DNA of 64,000 nt, from the NCBI GenBank assembly GCA_964019335.1, contig OZ025663.1, positions 1 through 64,000 of the forward strand. Reading direction: 5' to 3'. Numbering within the stretch: position 1 is the stretch's first letter; each line of letters begins with the position of its first letter. Source of the stretch: Diplonema japonicum. Lineage: Eukaryota; Protista; Euglenozoa: Diplonemea. Shown one piece after another: positions 55,073 through 64,000 of this stretch. Made by a program: the position numbers and the translations under genes. The notes below the pieces were generated by a model. That model worked only from the letters and a program-made list of their open reading frames with translations. It had not been told where the DNA came from and ran no database searches.

Positions 55073-56060
55073 CTTGCTACCTACCTGTTGTGATTAGCTG
55101 GGACTGGGGCAACGACTAAATAAAGAGATCCAACAAAGGTATAGTTGTGAAGCCAGTGACCTATGAGCAGTACGACATTATCTAAGGCGGTTCGCTGACC
55201 GCCCTTTAGCTCCAGAGCCTGCACCACTATATCTCGTCTCGTGCAGCGAGGCTCGCAAAACCCAGAGCAGAGGCTGGTGGGCGAATCAGCGATGAACAGG
55301 CGACTTACCTTTAGTTGTTGATTTTAGGCTGAAGGGTGGGATAGAAGCAATGTCCGCCCAGATATGTTGGCTGTTTGTGCCGCTTTCGTATTCATTACGG
55401 GCCGCCTCACTAGGTGCCCTTGACAAGCATCGCCTGGATTGTTGAGTTGAAACTGCAGGAAAGCAGTAAAAGTGTCGACTGCAAGTGAAGTTGCATCACG
55501 ACGGACATGAATTCTAGTAATAGTTGATACCAATCCTAGGCAGACAAGGCTCTCCCCATTTTCACTTGTTTGCAATCACAACGCCAATATCTCTAAAACC
55601 CGTTTAGCAGGGCACAGAAAATTGCCATTTTTCAAGGCTGCAATGAACTTCAGGACGCTCGTCAATGACTGAATGTTCGGTCTGTTTCTTCTGACAGTTG
55701 TTTTTTTTTTTTTTTTTTTTTTTTTCTTTTTCTCGTGCATTTTCTGAAAGAGTCTTCTCCCGGGAATTGAATTCTCTTCAAGGCAAGCTCCGAACTCTGG
55801 GATGGGGAGGTCTAGCTTATGCCCTGACTCTCTTCATCGACTTGAGACCATACAAGTGAAAAAGAGAAAGGGAATTTAATTAAGGAGTACCCCGTCTGTT
55901 CAAGCATCACGGATATGAGTCTAGGGCTAAGTAACGTCGCAATATAGCCATGGTTTAAAGTCCGGGGATTGTATTCGACAAATGAAAAAAAGTGCCAAAG
56001 AAAAAAAAAAGGGAAAAAAAAAAAAACATAAATAAAGTTTGCAAATAAATTATTGATTCC

Positions 56061-58913
56061 TCATTGTAATGAGGGAAACAAACCTCGCTTTCTTTTCAAG
56101 AACATCTTAATCATAACTGAAACAGGAAGCGAGCCCGCACTCAGTATTATCGCTTTGAGCCACTGGTCCACGCTGACAGGCACCACACCGAAGAAGACAC
56201 CGCCGTAGTTGACAATAAAGACCTGTGTATGGTGCTGTGTAAGATGTACGTATACCTGCATCATCGTGATGACACCAGCGATGAAGACGAGGACGTGGCT
56301 GCGGTGGATCTCTGAAAACACATTCAGCTCAAGGCCCAGATGTCTTGCGTTGAAGAAATTCGCTACCTGCAGCAGCACGAAGGCGTTGAAAACACACGTC
56401 AAGTGGCTGTCACCGAAGTACTCGACACCCAACCATTCATGTCCATAAGAGAGCAAGAACAGGCAGACCTTCAATTGGTACAATCCTTGTCCGATAATAA
56501 ACCCCCACATGGACCTGTTTATGATCGGGGTGTTCTTAGGCAATGGGTCCCTGTTCAGCAGGCTCGCAGACGGCAACTCTGTGGCCAGTCCGAGTGCAGC
56601 CAACGAGTCCATGATTAGATTCAACCATAGAAGCTGGACGGGCTTCAGAGGGCTCAAGTTAGACTCGCTCATGCATGCCCCGATGATAGCTATCAAGCAG
56701 GCAGCGCTGTTTACGGTAAGTTGGAATTGTATAAACTTTCTGATGTTATCATTGACATTCCTCCCCCACATGACTGCCTTCACAACACCTACGAAGTTGT
56801 CGTCCGTCAGGATGATGTCACTTGCTGCCTTTGCTACTTCTGTTCCTGAGTTCATTGCAAACCCAACGTCTGCATGCTTCAAAGCAGGGCCGTCGTTAGT
56901 GCCGTCTCCCGTCACTGCAACCACTTGTTGTGGGTCCTCCTTCAGTGCCTCTATCAGTAGCTGCTTGTCTAGCGGTGTCGCTCTTGCGAGCACCACAGTT
57001 GATTTGACTCGTGCCGCCCTTGCTGCGCTAGACATCTCTCTGAACTCTTTCCCCTCAAGCATGTCACGGCTGTCGTTGTACTCATCGGTGACGATGCCGC
57101 ATCTCCTCGCCACTGTGACCGCCGATACCAAGTTGTCGCCCGTTACCATCTTGACTGCGATCCCGGCAGCTTTGCACTGTGCGATTGCTTCTTCCACCTC
57201 TGGTCTGATAGGTTCTTCAATACCTATGAGCGCTAGACACGTCAGTTCGGTATATACATCGAGTTCGTAACTCCGTTCGCTCCCCGGGGAATTGGCTACG
57301 CACAGGGTACGTAAGCCCATGCTCGCGTACTCGTGAAGGACAAGCTCCACTGACTTTCTGTGCTCAGCGGTGAGTGGCAGCCTTTCGCCTGCCTGGGTCA
57401 TCCAGTGAGTGCATTTTGCAAGTATCACCTCTGAAGCGCCTTTCAGATACATGACAGAGCCGCCCTTCACCTTCATCCTTGTTTTGGACTGCTTTTTCGA
57501 CGATGTAAACGGATCCCTCTTGCACTCTGGTGTGCTAGCTGGGATCAGGTCACTATAGCCCAATCTACGAACCAGCTCCATTAGGGCTAAAGCTGTTCTG
57601 TTATTCTCATCCAGAGAGCTGTAGATGATTGTTTCTGCGACTTTCTTGATGATTGCTTTGTTCGTGCTGATGTCTGACAAGTCTGCTACTGACGCCGGAG
57701 GTTCCGAGTTAATTGACACCCTCAACCAGTCAGATTCCTTAGGCCTCGCGAAATCGAAGTGTTGCCCGCCAGTCCACAGTTTTATCACGGCCATCTCATT
57801 AGTTGTGAGGGTTCCTGTTTTGTCACTACAAATGCTCGTTGCACCTCCCATCGTTTCGCAGGCAGCCAAATGTCGTACCAGGTTCTTGTCATCTAACATT
57901 TGCTGCATAGAATATGCAAGGGAGATTGTCACAGACAACGGCAGGCCTTCAGGAACTGCAACCACCACAATAGCGACAGCTGTTGTGAGCATCTCCCAGT
58001 ACTTCATGAAACTAAACCTCTGGTCTTTCAAAGTCCACAACAAAATCGTCTCTTTCGCTGCTAAAATGACGAATGTGATGCAGGCAGCAGCAACACCGAA
58101 CTTGCCTATCGTGTCTGCGAGGCTTTCGAGCTTCTCCTGCAGGGGTGTAGGCTTCTTTTTTGCTCGTGTCGCCATTGCAATGTGCCCGCAGAACGAAGAT
58201 TCCCCGACAGCTGTTACAAGAGCTGTACCTGTGCCCTCTGTGAGACTTGTCCCAGATATCAGAAACACATCACTACCACTTTTGTGGATGTCATCTGTCT
58301 CGCCAGTGATGTCACTCTCATCACATATGACGCCCTGACTAGAGATAAGAACCGCGTCTACCGAAATACGGGTGCCCGACTGCAAGACAAGCATGTCTCC
58401 AACAACAATGTCTTCCGAGCTGATATAGTGTTTTGCCCCCTCCCTGAGGACCACTTCCATCTTGTTTTCTATTGAACTATGTTCTAGCTCTGCGAACTTC
58501 TCCTGCTTCTTGAAGTCGTTGACTGCAGTGACCATTATGACGATAGTGACACTGACGAGAATGGCAGCACCTTCTATCCAGCCTGTCGAGTACTCCACCA
58601 ACCCTGTCCGCGGGTCAGGTGTAGTTAAGCCAAGCACCAGAGAGAGGACTGCTGCCACTATTAGAATTAACATAGTCCTGTCCGACCCTGCATCTTTGAC
58701 GAAGTCCCACAAGGTCAGCCTTTCTGCAGGGGGGAGAATGTTCTTCCCGTACCGTACCGCCTGTCTTTCTACTTCAGCCGAGGCCAACCCGGTCTGCAGA
58801 TTCACCTCTAGCCCTTTGGCAATTCCTGCCGCCCCTCCGAGCCTGCTGTACACCTCATGGTCCTTCTGCCCAACCATGTCACGCAGCGACTCGGCTTCGA
58901 GTGTGAAAGTCAT
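56061..58913 (-). CDS. P2B (PMCA-type) Ca2+-transporting ATPase, 1 in-frame intron
   Basis: VVVAVPEGLPL, CSDKTGTLT, KGASE, TGDN, TGDGTNDGPALK and QLLWLNLIMDSLAAL. Intron 56223-56255 removes VYVHLTQHHTQ from a TM helix. Confidence 0.96.
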   Translation of the reverse strand: MTFTLEAESLRDMVGQKDHEVYSRLGGAAGIAKGLEVNLQTGLASAEVERQAVRYGKNILPPAERLTLWDFVKDAGSDRTMLILIVAAVLSLVLGLTTPDPRTGLVEYSTGWIEGAAILVSVTIVIMVTAVNDFKKQEKFAELEHSSIENKMEVVLREGAKHYISSEDIVVGDMLVLQSGTRISVDAVLISSQGVICDESDITGETDDIHKSGSDVFLISGTSLTEGTGTALVTAVGESSFCGHIAMATRAKKKPTPLQEKLESLADTIGKFGVAAACITFVILAAKETILLWTLKDQRFSFMKYWEMLTTAVAIVVVAVPEGLPLSVTISLAYSMQQMLDDKNLVRHLAACETMGGATSICSDKTGTLTTNEMAVIKLWTGGQHFDFARPKESDWLRVSINSEPPASVADLSDISTNKAIIKKVAETIIYSSLDENNRTALALMELVRRLGYSDLIPASTPECKRDPFTSSKKQSKTRMKVKGGSVMYLKGASEVILAKCTHWMTQAGERLPLTAEHRKSVELVLHEYASMGLRTLCVANSPGSERSYELDVYTELTCLALIGIEEPIRPEVEEAIAQCKAAGIAVKMVTGDNLVSAVTVARRCGIVTDEYNDSRDMLEGKEFREMSSAARAARVKSTVVLARATPLDKQLLIEALKEDPQQVVAVTGDGTNDGPALKHADVGFAMNSGTEVAKAASDIILTDDNFVGVVKAVMWGRNVNDNIRKFIQFQLTVNSAACLIAIIGACMSESNLSPLKPVQLLWLNLIMDSLAALGLATELPSASLLNRDPLPKNTPIINRSMWGFIIGQGLYQLKVCLFLLSYGHEWLGVEYFGDSHLTCVFNAFVLLQVANFFNARHLGLELNVFSEIHRSHVLVFIAGVITMMQVYVHLTQHHTQVFIVNYGGVFFGVVPVSVDQWLKAIILSAGSLPVSVMIKMFLKRKRGLFPSLQ

Positions 58914-59150
58914 TTATCGTTTCCTGAATGAAATCTGAGCTGCTGATGCTGTAGCTATTACTAACTGCTAAACAAATAAAAGAAGAGGATAGATTTAAAC
59001 AGGCGCCAAACCCCACCAGACCAGTCGCGCCGACTGGACTTGGCACGCAAGTTATGACAAGACTAGGAGAAAGATAATAATACAACAGCAGGTGTGGGTG
59101 AAGATGACGTTATCTGAATACATGGTGATGCTGTCACAAGACTCGATGCC

Positions 59151-60065
59151 TCAAGTCTCGCTTTCGATGTCCACATCTATAAAGCCTGCCGGAGGTACGT
59201 CGCTGGCACCGCTCGGCTGAGGGGTGGCCCTCTCGACTTTTTCCATTTCCGTTTCTGTATTTTGAGAACTGAGTCCTTTCAGCCAAGGAACCAAGGTGTC
59301 CCATCCATAAACAAGTGCGTTGAGAACGCCCTGCGACCGGGCAAAGGCTTGGTGTAGGATGGTCATGCTCAGCATGGTGTGGCCTGAAGCCTGCAGAATG
59401 CGGTTGACTGTTCCGAAGAACCATGTAACAACAAGCACAGCAGGATAATACTTGAACTTGTGGTTCTTGCTAGCGCTGGTGCTGCCGAGGGAGCCATGGT
59501 GCCTTCTCATCACTTGCTTGTACTCTCTGTGAATGAGGAAGTAGACAACCGCGTTGAAGCTGATCACTACCCAGAGGGGAATGTAGAAGAACCCGAGTCT
59601 GTGTGTTGTATCGCTGATCCAGCACATCCCGAAGCCAGAAGGGCCGTAGATGTCCTCCAACTTCCCTACCACAGCGAGAAGAAAGGGTACACCAAACGAG
59701 AAGGCGAAATACCACCAAAAATACGCATCGCCCTTTTTCCCAGACTTGTAAGACAGGAATATAGATATTGCTAAGGAGCAAGAAATACAGGCTGTCCACA
59801 AGATAGGAACCAAGTCTGCATAGGTAACTAGGAAGCCCATCACGTCACACCCATTGTCAGCGTCGATAAAAATGCCCATAAAAACAACTATGTCTGACAT
59901 TATGTCACCTATACTCAGCCATACAAGAAGCTTCTTATACCCATCGACCTTCTCTTGTAGAATGCAAACGATAATCAAGAGTGATCCTACTAAGGACAGC
60001 CCAGCACCGACTCCTGAAACGGCCTTAATAGTTGCTTGCTCTGAAGCTGTAAAGTTGTTGCTCAT
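59151..60065 (-). CDS. cAMP-receptor/GCR1-like 7-TM receptor
   Basis: LSLVGSLLII, LSIGD, C..MGF, WTACI, CWI, YIPLW, YPAV...W and SQGVLNALVYG. Confidence 0.88.
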   Translation of the reverse strand: MSNNFTASEQATIKAVSGVGAGLSLVGSLLIIVCILQEKVDGYKKLLVWLSIGDIMSDIVVFMGIFIDADNGCDVMGFLVTYADLVPILWTACISCSLAISIFLSYKSGKKGDAYFWWYFAFSFGVPFLLAVVGKLEDIYGPSGFGMCWISDTTHRLGFFYIPLWVVISFNAVVYFLIHREYKQVMRRHHGSLGSTSASKNHKFKYYPAVLVVTWFFGTVNRILQASGHTMLSMTILHQAFARSQGVLNALVYGWDTLVPWLKGLSSQNTETEMEKVERATPQPSGASDVPPAGFIDVDIESET

Positions 60066-60254
60066 GTTGCCCCCTCTGTTCTGCTGCGTGAACAAGACAA
60101 CAGAAAAAAACAGGAAAAAAACAAACAAGAAACTTAAAAGTCTAGAATGGAAGCATACTGGGATTCTAGTGGAAGAAGGGCCATGTCAGTGATAAACAAA
60201 CTCTTTTTTTTCTTTTCGTCTTCTTTTTTTTTTCTCTCCCTCTCTTTCACTCAA

Positions 60255-61020
60255 ACCAAGATTCTGCGCTCATGCAGTTTGCTGCCAATTCATCACCCTG
60301 AGCACCTGCATTATGTTCTCCACTTGGGCGCTACTGGTGATGACCAACATGGAGGTCAACAGCAAACAACACATCTGATGTACTTCTTATATTTCCATGT
60401 TATCCCCACCACTGAATGATATATATATGAGTTAAAAGAGGCCGGTGTTGGTGGTGCCCTGCACAAGAACTGTCTGCTTGATTACAGGGGCGCACCGCAA
60501 CCGAGTTGTAGCTTCTTCTGCATTCCGTGTCATGTCTTTAATGTGTGTGGTGTAGTTTGCTGCCTGTTTGTCACCCTAAGCATCTGCATTATGTTCTTCC
60601 ACTCGGGAGCTACCGGTGATGACCGATGAGGAGGTCAACAGTGAACAACACATCTGATGTTTTTTCATGCTATCCCCACCACCTTTGGAATAATATACAA
60701 GAGTTAAAGGAGGCCGGTGTTGGCAGTGCCCTGCACAAGAACTGTCTACTTGATTACAGGGGGTGCACCGCAGCCGGGTTGTAGCTTCTTCTGCGTTCTG
60801 CATCGTGTCCTTAATCACTGCGGCCGAGTTGTAGCTTCTTCTGTGCTCCGTGTCGTGTCCTTAATGTGTGCGGGGTTCAGTTCAACCCTAGCCGGGGCGC
60901 CCTGGGTAACCAAGATTCTGCACTCGTGTGGTTTGCTCGGTGATGACCAATGAGGAGGTCAACAGCAAACAACACATCTGATGTTTTTCTTATATTTTCA
61001 TGTTATCCCCACCACCTGAA
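60255..61020. repeat. About 280-bp degenerate tandem repeat (about 2.5 copies), with a related piece at 62732-62818
   Basis: GGTGATGACC..GGAGGTCAACAG..AACACATCTGATG..TATCCCCACCAC occurs three times. ACCAAGATTCTG...CATCACCCTGAGCA.CTGCA...CCACTTGGGCG recurs near 62740-62818. Confidence 0.85.
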
Positions 61021-61027
61021 AAAGAAG

Positions 61028-61073
<46 letters not shown>

Positions 61074-61214
61074 CTTCTTCGTTTCTCGTTGTTTTTGTTG
61101 TTGTTGTCGTCTCTCAGTACCTGTGTAACATCTTTTCTTGTAGACATCTGTTTATATGTTTGAACTCTGCAGCAAAAAAAAGGGGGGATGTGGTGTTGTG
61201 GTTGTATCTTGTAT

Positions 61215-61373
61215 GGTCCGGTTCAGTCCAGTCCAGTCCGGTCTGGTCCGGTCCGGTCTGGTCCAGTCCGGTCCGGTCCAGTCTGGTCAGTCTGGTCAGT
61301 CCGGTCAGTCCAGCATAATTGGGTCGAAATTCACGCCAGATCCGGTCTGGTCCGGTCCAGTCCGGTCTAGTCC
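61215..61373. repeat. (GTCCG/GTCCA/GTCTG)n pentamer microsatellite, two tracts
   Basis: Directly visible in the sequence. Confidence 0.9.
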
Positions 61374-62614
61374 TAATTAGGATTCACCCATCACTGCTCA
61401 AAGTCCCTCCACCTTGTACTTAACATTTATATTTGAACCACTGGGGGGAAACTAATATGGGTTGATTTCAAAAAGCCCCCCCCCCCCCCCCCCCAAAATG
61501 AGGCCAATTGACACTTTCGTTGCATCTTTGGGCATGCCTGCTGCTGCTGGGTGGGCGACCTTGTTTCTGTTTCATACTAGGCCTTCTACCAGTGTTGTTA
61601 CAAGAATGGGTTGCCCCCCCAAGATTTTCGGGGGGCAGGGGGGGGCAAATCCAGGGGGGTGGGGGGGCAAAAAAAATTTTTTTTACAGTGTCCAAAAAAA
61701 ATTTTTTTCCACCCAAAAAAAGTTGTCAAAGACACCCAAAAATTGATTTTTTTTTTCTCAAAAGTACCTATCCTAGGCCTTAATAGAGGCTTTTAGTGAA
61801 GTGGGGTGAAAGTGAGATGTTTGGGGGTCAAAAAAAGAGGTGCCCAAAAAAAATTATTTTTCATGTGAACAAGTGGTCAAAAACACCTGAAAAGTGGTTT
61901 TTTACCTCATAAAAATTGATTTTTTTCCATAAGGGTACCTATATCAGGCCTAGTAATGGTCTATCTGTTGGTTTTCTCTCCTTTATGACTTACCCTTCTC
62001 ATTCTTTGTATTTACCCCCTTTTTTTACTGTACTTTATTGGGTGCATAGGGTGCTGGAAAAAAAAAAAAAAATAGTGTCCAAAAAAATTTTGATTAGGTG
62101 ACCACAGCTGGGAAACCTACTTCAAGGAGCATTTTGCTTATCATCACCCAAAATTAGGCCAAAATTCCAAAAATACCATTCTAAGATGAAGCTTGATTTT
62201 GTGATTTTCAGGTGGCCATTTAGACCCTAAGGAAAATTCCTAAAGTGATTTTTGAAAGATTTTTTTCAGTCCAAGTGGGGTCAAAACTTTCCATTGGCTG
62301 TTCAGAATTCCATTTTCAGGACATTTTTTGTTCAAGGGATTTATTGAAATGTGTTCTTGAAACTGTTGCTTCATCTACAGGTAAAGTAGATAAAAGGTGC
62401 AGGTCTTGTCTGTCCAAGGTAGACCAGACCAGACTTGTTCTGATATGTATGCTACCTGCTTTCATGGCACTCACATCAGGTGGATCCCTCTGGTTTTTTC
62501 AGACCGTTCCACAGCAGTGTATTCCCACTTCTCTCATCTCACAAAAGAGCTGAACACTGCAATACCAAGTGTTGGTCAGTCCTGTCCCATCCCCTAAAAT
62601 GGAATATGGGCCTG

Positions 62615-62677
62615 GATGGGACTCATGGGACTCCATGGGATGGGACTCCACAGGACTCATGGGACTCATAGGACTCT
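62615..62677. repeat. (GGGACTCAT)-like short tandem repeat
   Basis: About 6 degenerate units, partly complementary to GTCCTGTCCCATCCC at 62579-62593. Confidence 0.75.
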
Positions 62678-62974
62678 ACTGTCATTATTTTTGATAGTTT
62701 TGCAACTTTTTCCCTTAACAACACCAGCCATGGCCCTGGTAACCAAGATTCTGGGCCTGTGTAATTTGTTGCCAGTTCATCACCCTGAGCATCTGCAATA
62801 CATTCCTCCACTTGGGCGGAGAAAAGCAAGCCAGGATAGACTTGTGTACCCTTTTTCGCTCCTTTCACTTTCACCCACCTGGGCCCCACACCCCTACCTG
62901 AGGCCAGGGAGGGAGAAAAAGAAAGGAGAGGGCTTGGCCAGCCAAAAAAAAAAGAGGTTTATTAAAAAAAAATT

Positions 62975-63800
62975 TCATATGCCACCATAGCCATGCCAGA
63001 TGTGTCCCCTTGCACATGTTGCAACTGTGAAGGGTGTGGAAATCTGTATTGTGAATTCCAGCTCTGCCCCAAACCCTGCCTCTATACCTGGAAAGAATTC
63101 TAGGAGATTAAGGATGGACTTCATCGTTTCGAAAAACGAATTCCATCTGGTCTTTGTGTACCTCTTGATCTGTCTCGTCTTTTCACGGCATACTCTATGT
63201 GAGACCTGTATGGTGTGGAGTGCCAACTGCCCAGCTTTCAAGGTCCATCTCTTGATCAGCGTTTTCACTTTGGCTCTAATGTTAGCCAGTTGCTCAATCT
63301 TGAAGATGTCACCAAGGGCAAGTTGCATGGAATGTGCAACACAATGATATGCTAGGACACCTTTGCAACTCAGCATTGTAGTTGTATTGTTCAAAAGCTG
63401 GTCCATTCCAGCAGAGAGCTCAGTGTTGTTGGAGTTGGTGTTGGTTTCAGAGTTGGAGTCAAGGTCAGTGACACCTGAAGCATCACTACTGCTAATGTTG
63501 CTGCTAACATCCTCAGTGTCGTTGAGTGAGAGGTCGAGTTCCACTTCAAAGTCTCAATGTATCTTTGCAAGCACTGCTTGCATCACACTAGCATTATCAG
63601 CACATACTGAAAATACATGTACAACATGGCTCTGAAGTTCCAGTATCATTTCACGGATGTGGGACGAAATGATGGCAGCAGTGGCACTCACTTTTGTGAG
63701 GTCTATCATCTTGCAAAAGTAGCTGTTCTTCCCATCTGACATACTAATGCCAAGGATGCTTCGACGGTTTATTAATGCAACATTTCATCATGGCTGAGGC
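62975..63800 (-). pseudogene. Degenerate hAT-superfamily transposase
   Basis: VCADNASVM, HCVAHSMQL (CxxH) and TRWNS. There is an in-frame TGA at 63554, further stops upstream, and a truncated C-terminus. Confidence 0.88.
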
Positions 63801-64000
63801 CATTCTTGTTGCCAGTCTGGGTAAGGTCTTGTGTTTTCACATATTTCTGTGAGAACACAGTTGATGCCTTTTGCGTTGAGATGTGTCCATCGATGCTGCC
63901 ACTGCTGCTGCTTGTACTTGAACTTTCTCTTTTGCACTTCTTTATTTTATTTTTATTTTTTTTATTTTTTTTTTCAAATGTTTAAACCTTTCTCTTCATT

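Noticed and set aside
55303-55310. ACTTACCT as the 5' end of U1 snRNA
   Set aside because: No U1 stem-loops or Sm site follow. It is better read as a minus-strand 5' splice site.
8234-60192. Numerous plus-strand ORFs (e.g. 9623-10483, 19364-20155, 56509-57270)
   Set aside because: Antisense shadows of well-supported minus-strand genes, with no recognisable motifs.
60336-60380. Box C/D snoRNA cluster (GTGATGA...CTGA in each repeat unit)
   Set aside because: The boxes are only about 45 nt apart, there is no terminal stem or recognisable rRNA guide, it lies on the strand opposite the genes, and the unit is shared with TE-adjacent DNA.

Overview
Eukaryotic genomic DNA, almost certainly from a diplonemid (Euglenozoa). 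The evidence is a 38-nt diplonemid-type spliced-leader (SL) exon on the minus strand at 4912-4949, and about 28 genes from 8.0 to 60.1 kb that all lie head-to-tail on the minus strand, often with spacers under 100 bp. The window has four parts. (1) 1-460 is a (GGGTTTGC)n telomere-like array. (2) 461-5593 is a patchwork of minus-strand retroelement-like fragments: an intact-looking AlkB 2OG-Fe(II) domain ORF, a C2H2 zinc-finger ORF, an SL-headed leader, internal duplications and A/T tracts. It abuts a truncated plus-strand host gene and a SURP-domain ORF. (3) 8.0-60.1 kb is a polycistron-like cluster: SGNH acetyltransferase, cathepsin B, MLO-like, IQUB, a 3917-aa surface protein, VAMP7, BRCA2, fatty-acid elongase, nitronate monooxygenase-like, PPR, p24 with a WW insert, LARP6-like, L2HGDH, TMEM43-like, PMCA and a GPCR. 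About 20 tiny GT-AG introns (31-45 nt), read by hand, join ORFs that the six-frame track splits. A TE island at 51.8-54.3 kb holds two HINE/Helentron-like units and a piggyBac relic. (4) 60.2-64 kb holds tandem repeats and a degenerate hAT transposase. The best candidate for an undescribed system is the SL-headed, AlkB-plus-zinc-finger retroelement chain joined to the octamer array. No reverse transcriptase is visible in this window, so that interpretation remains an inference. All protein calls come from motif recognition by eye; no searches were run.
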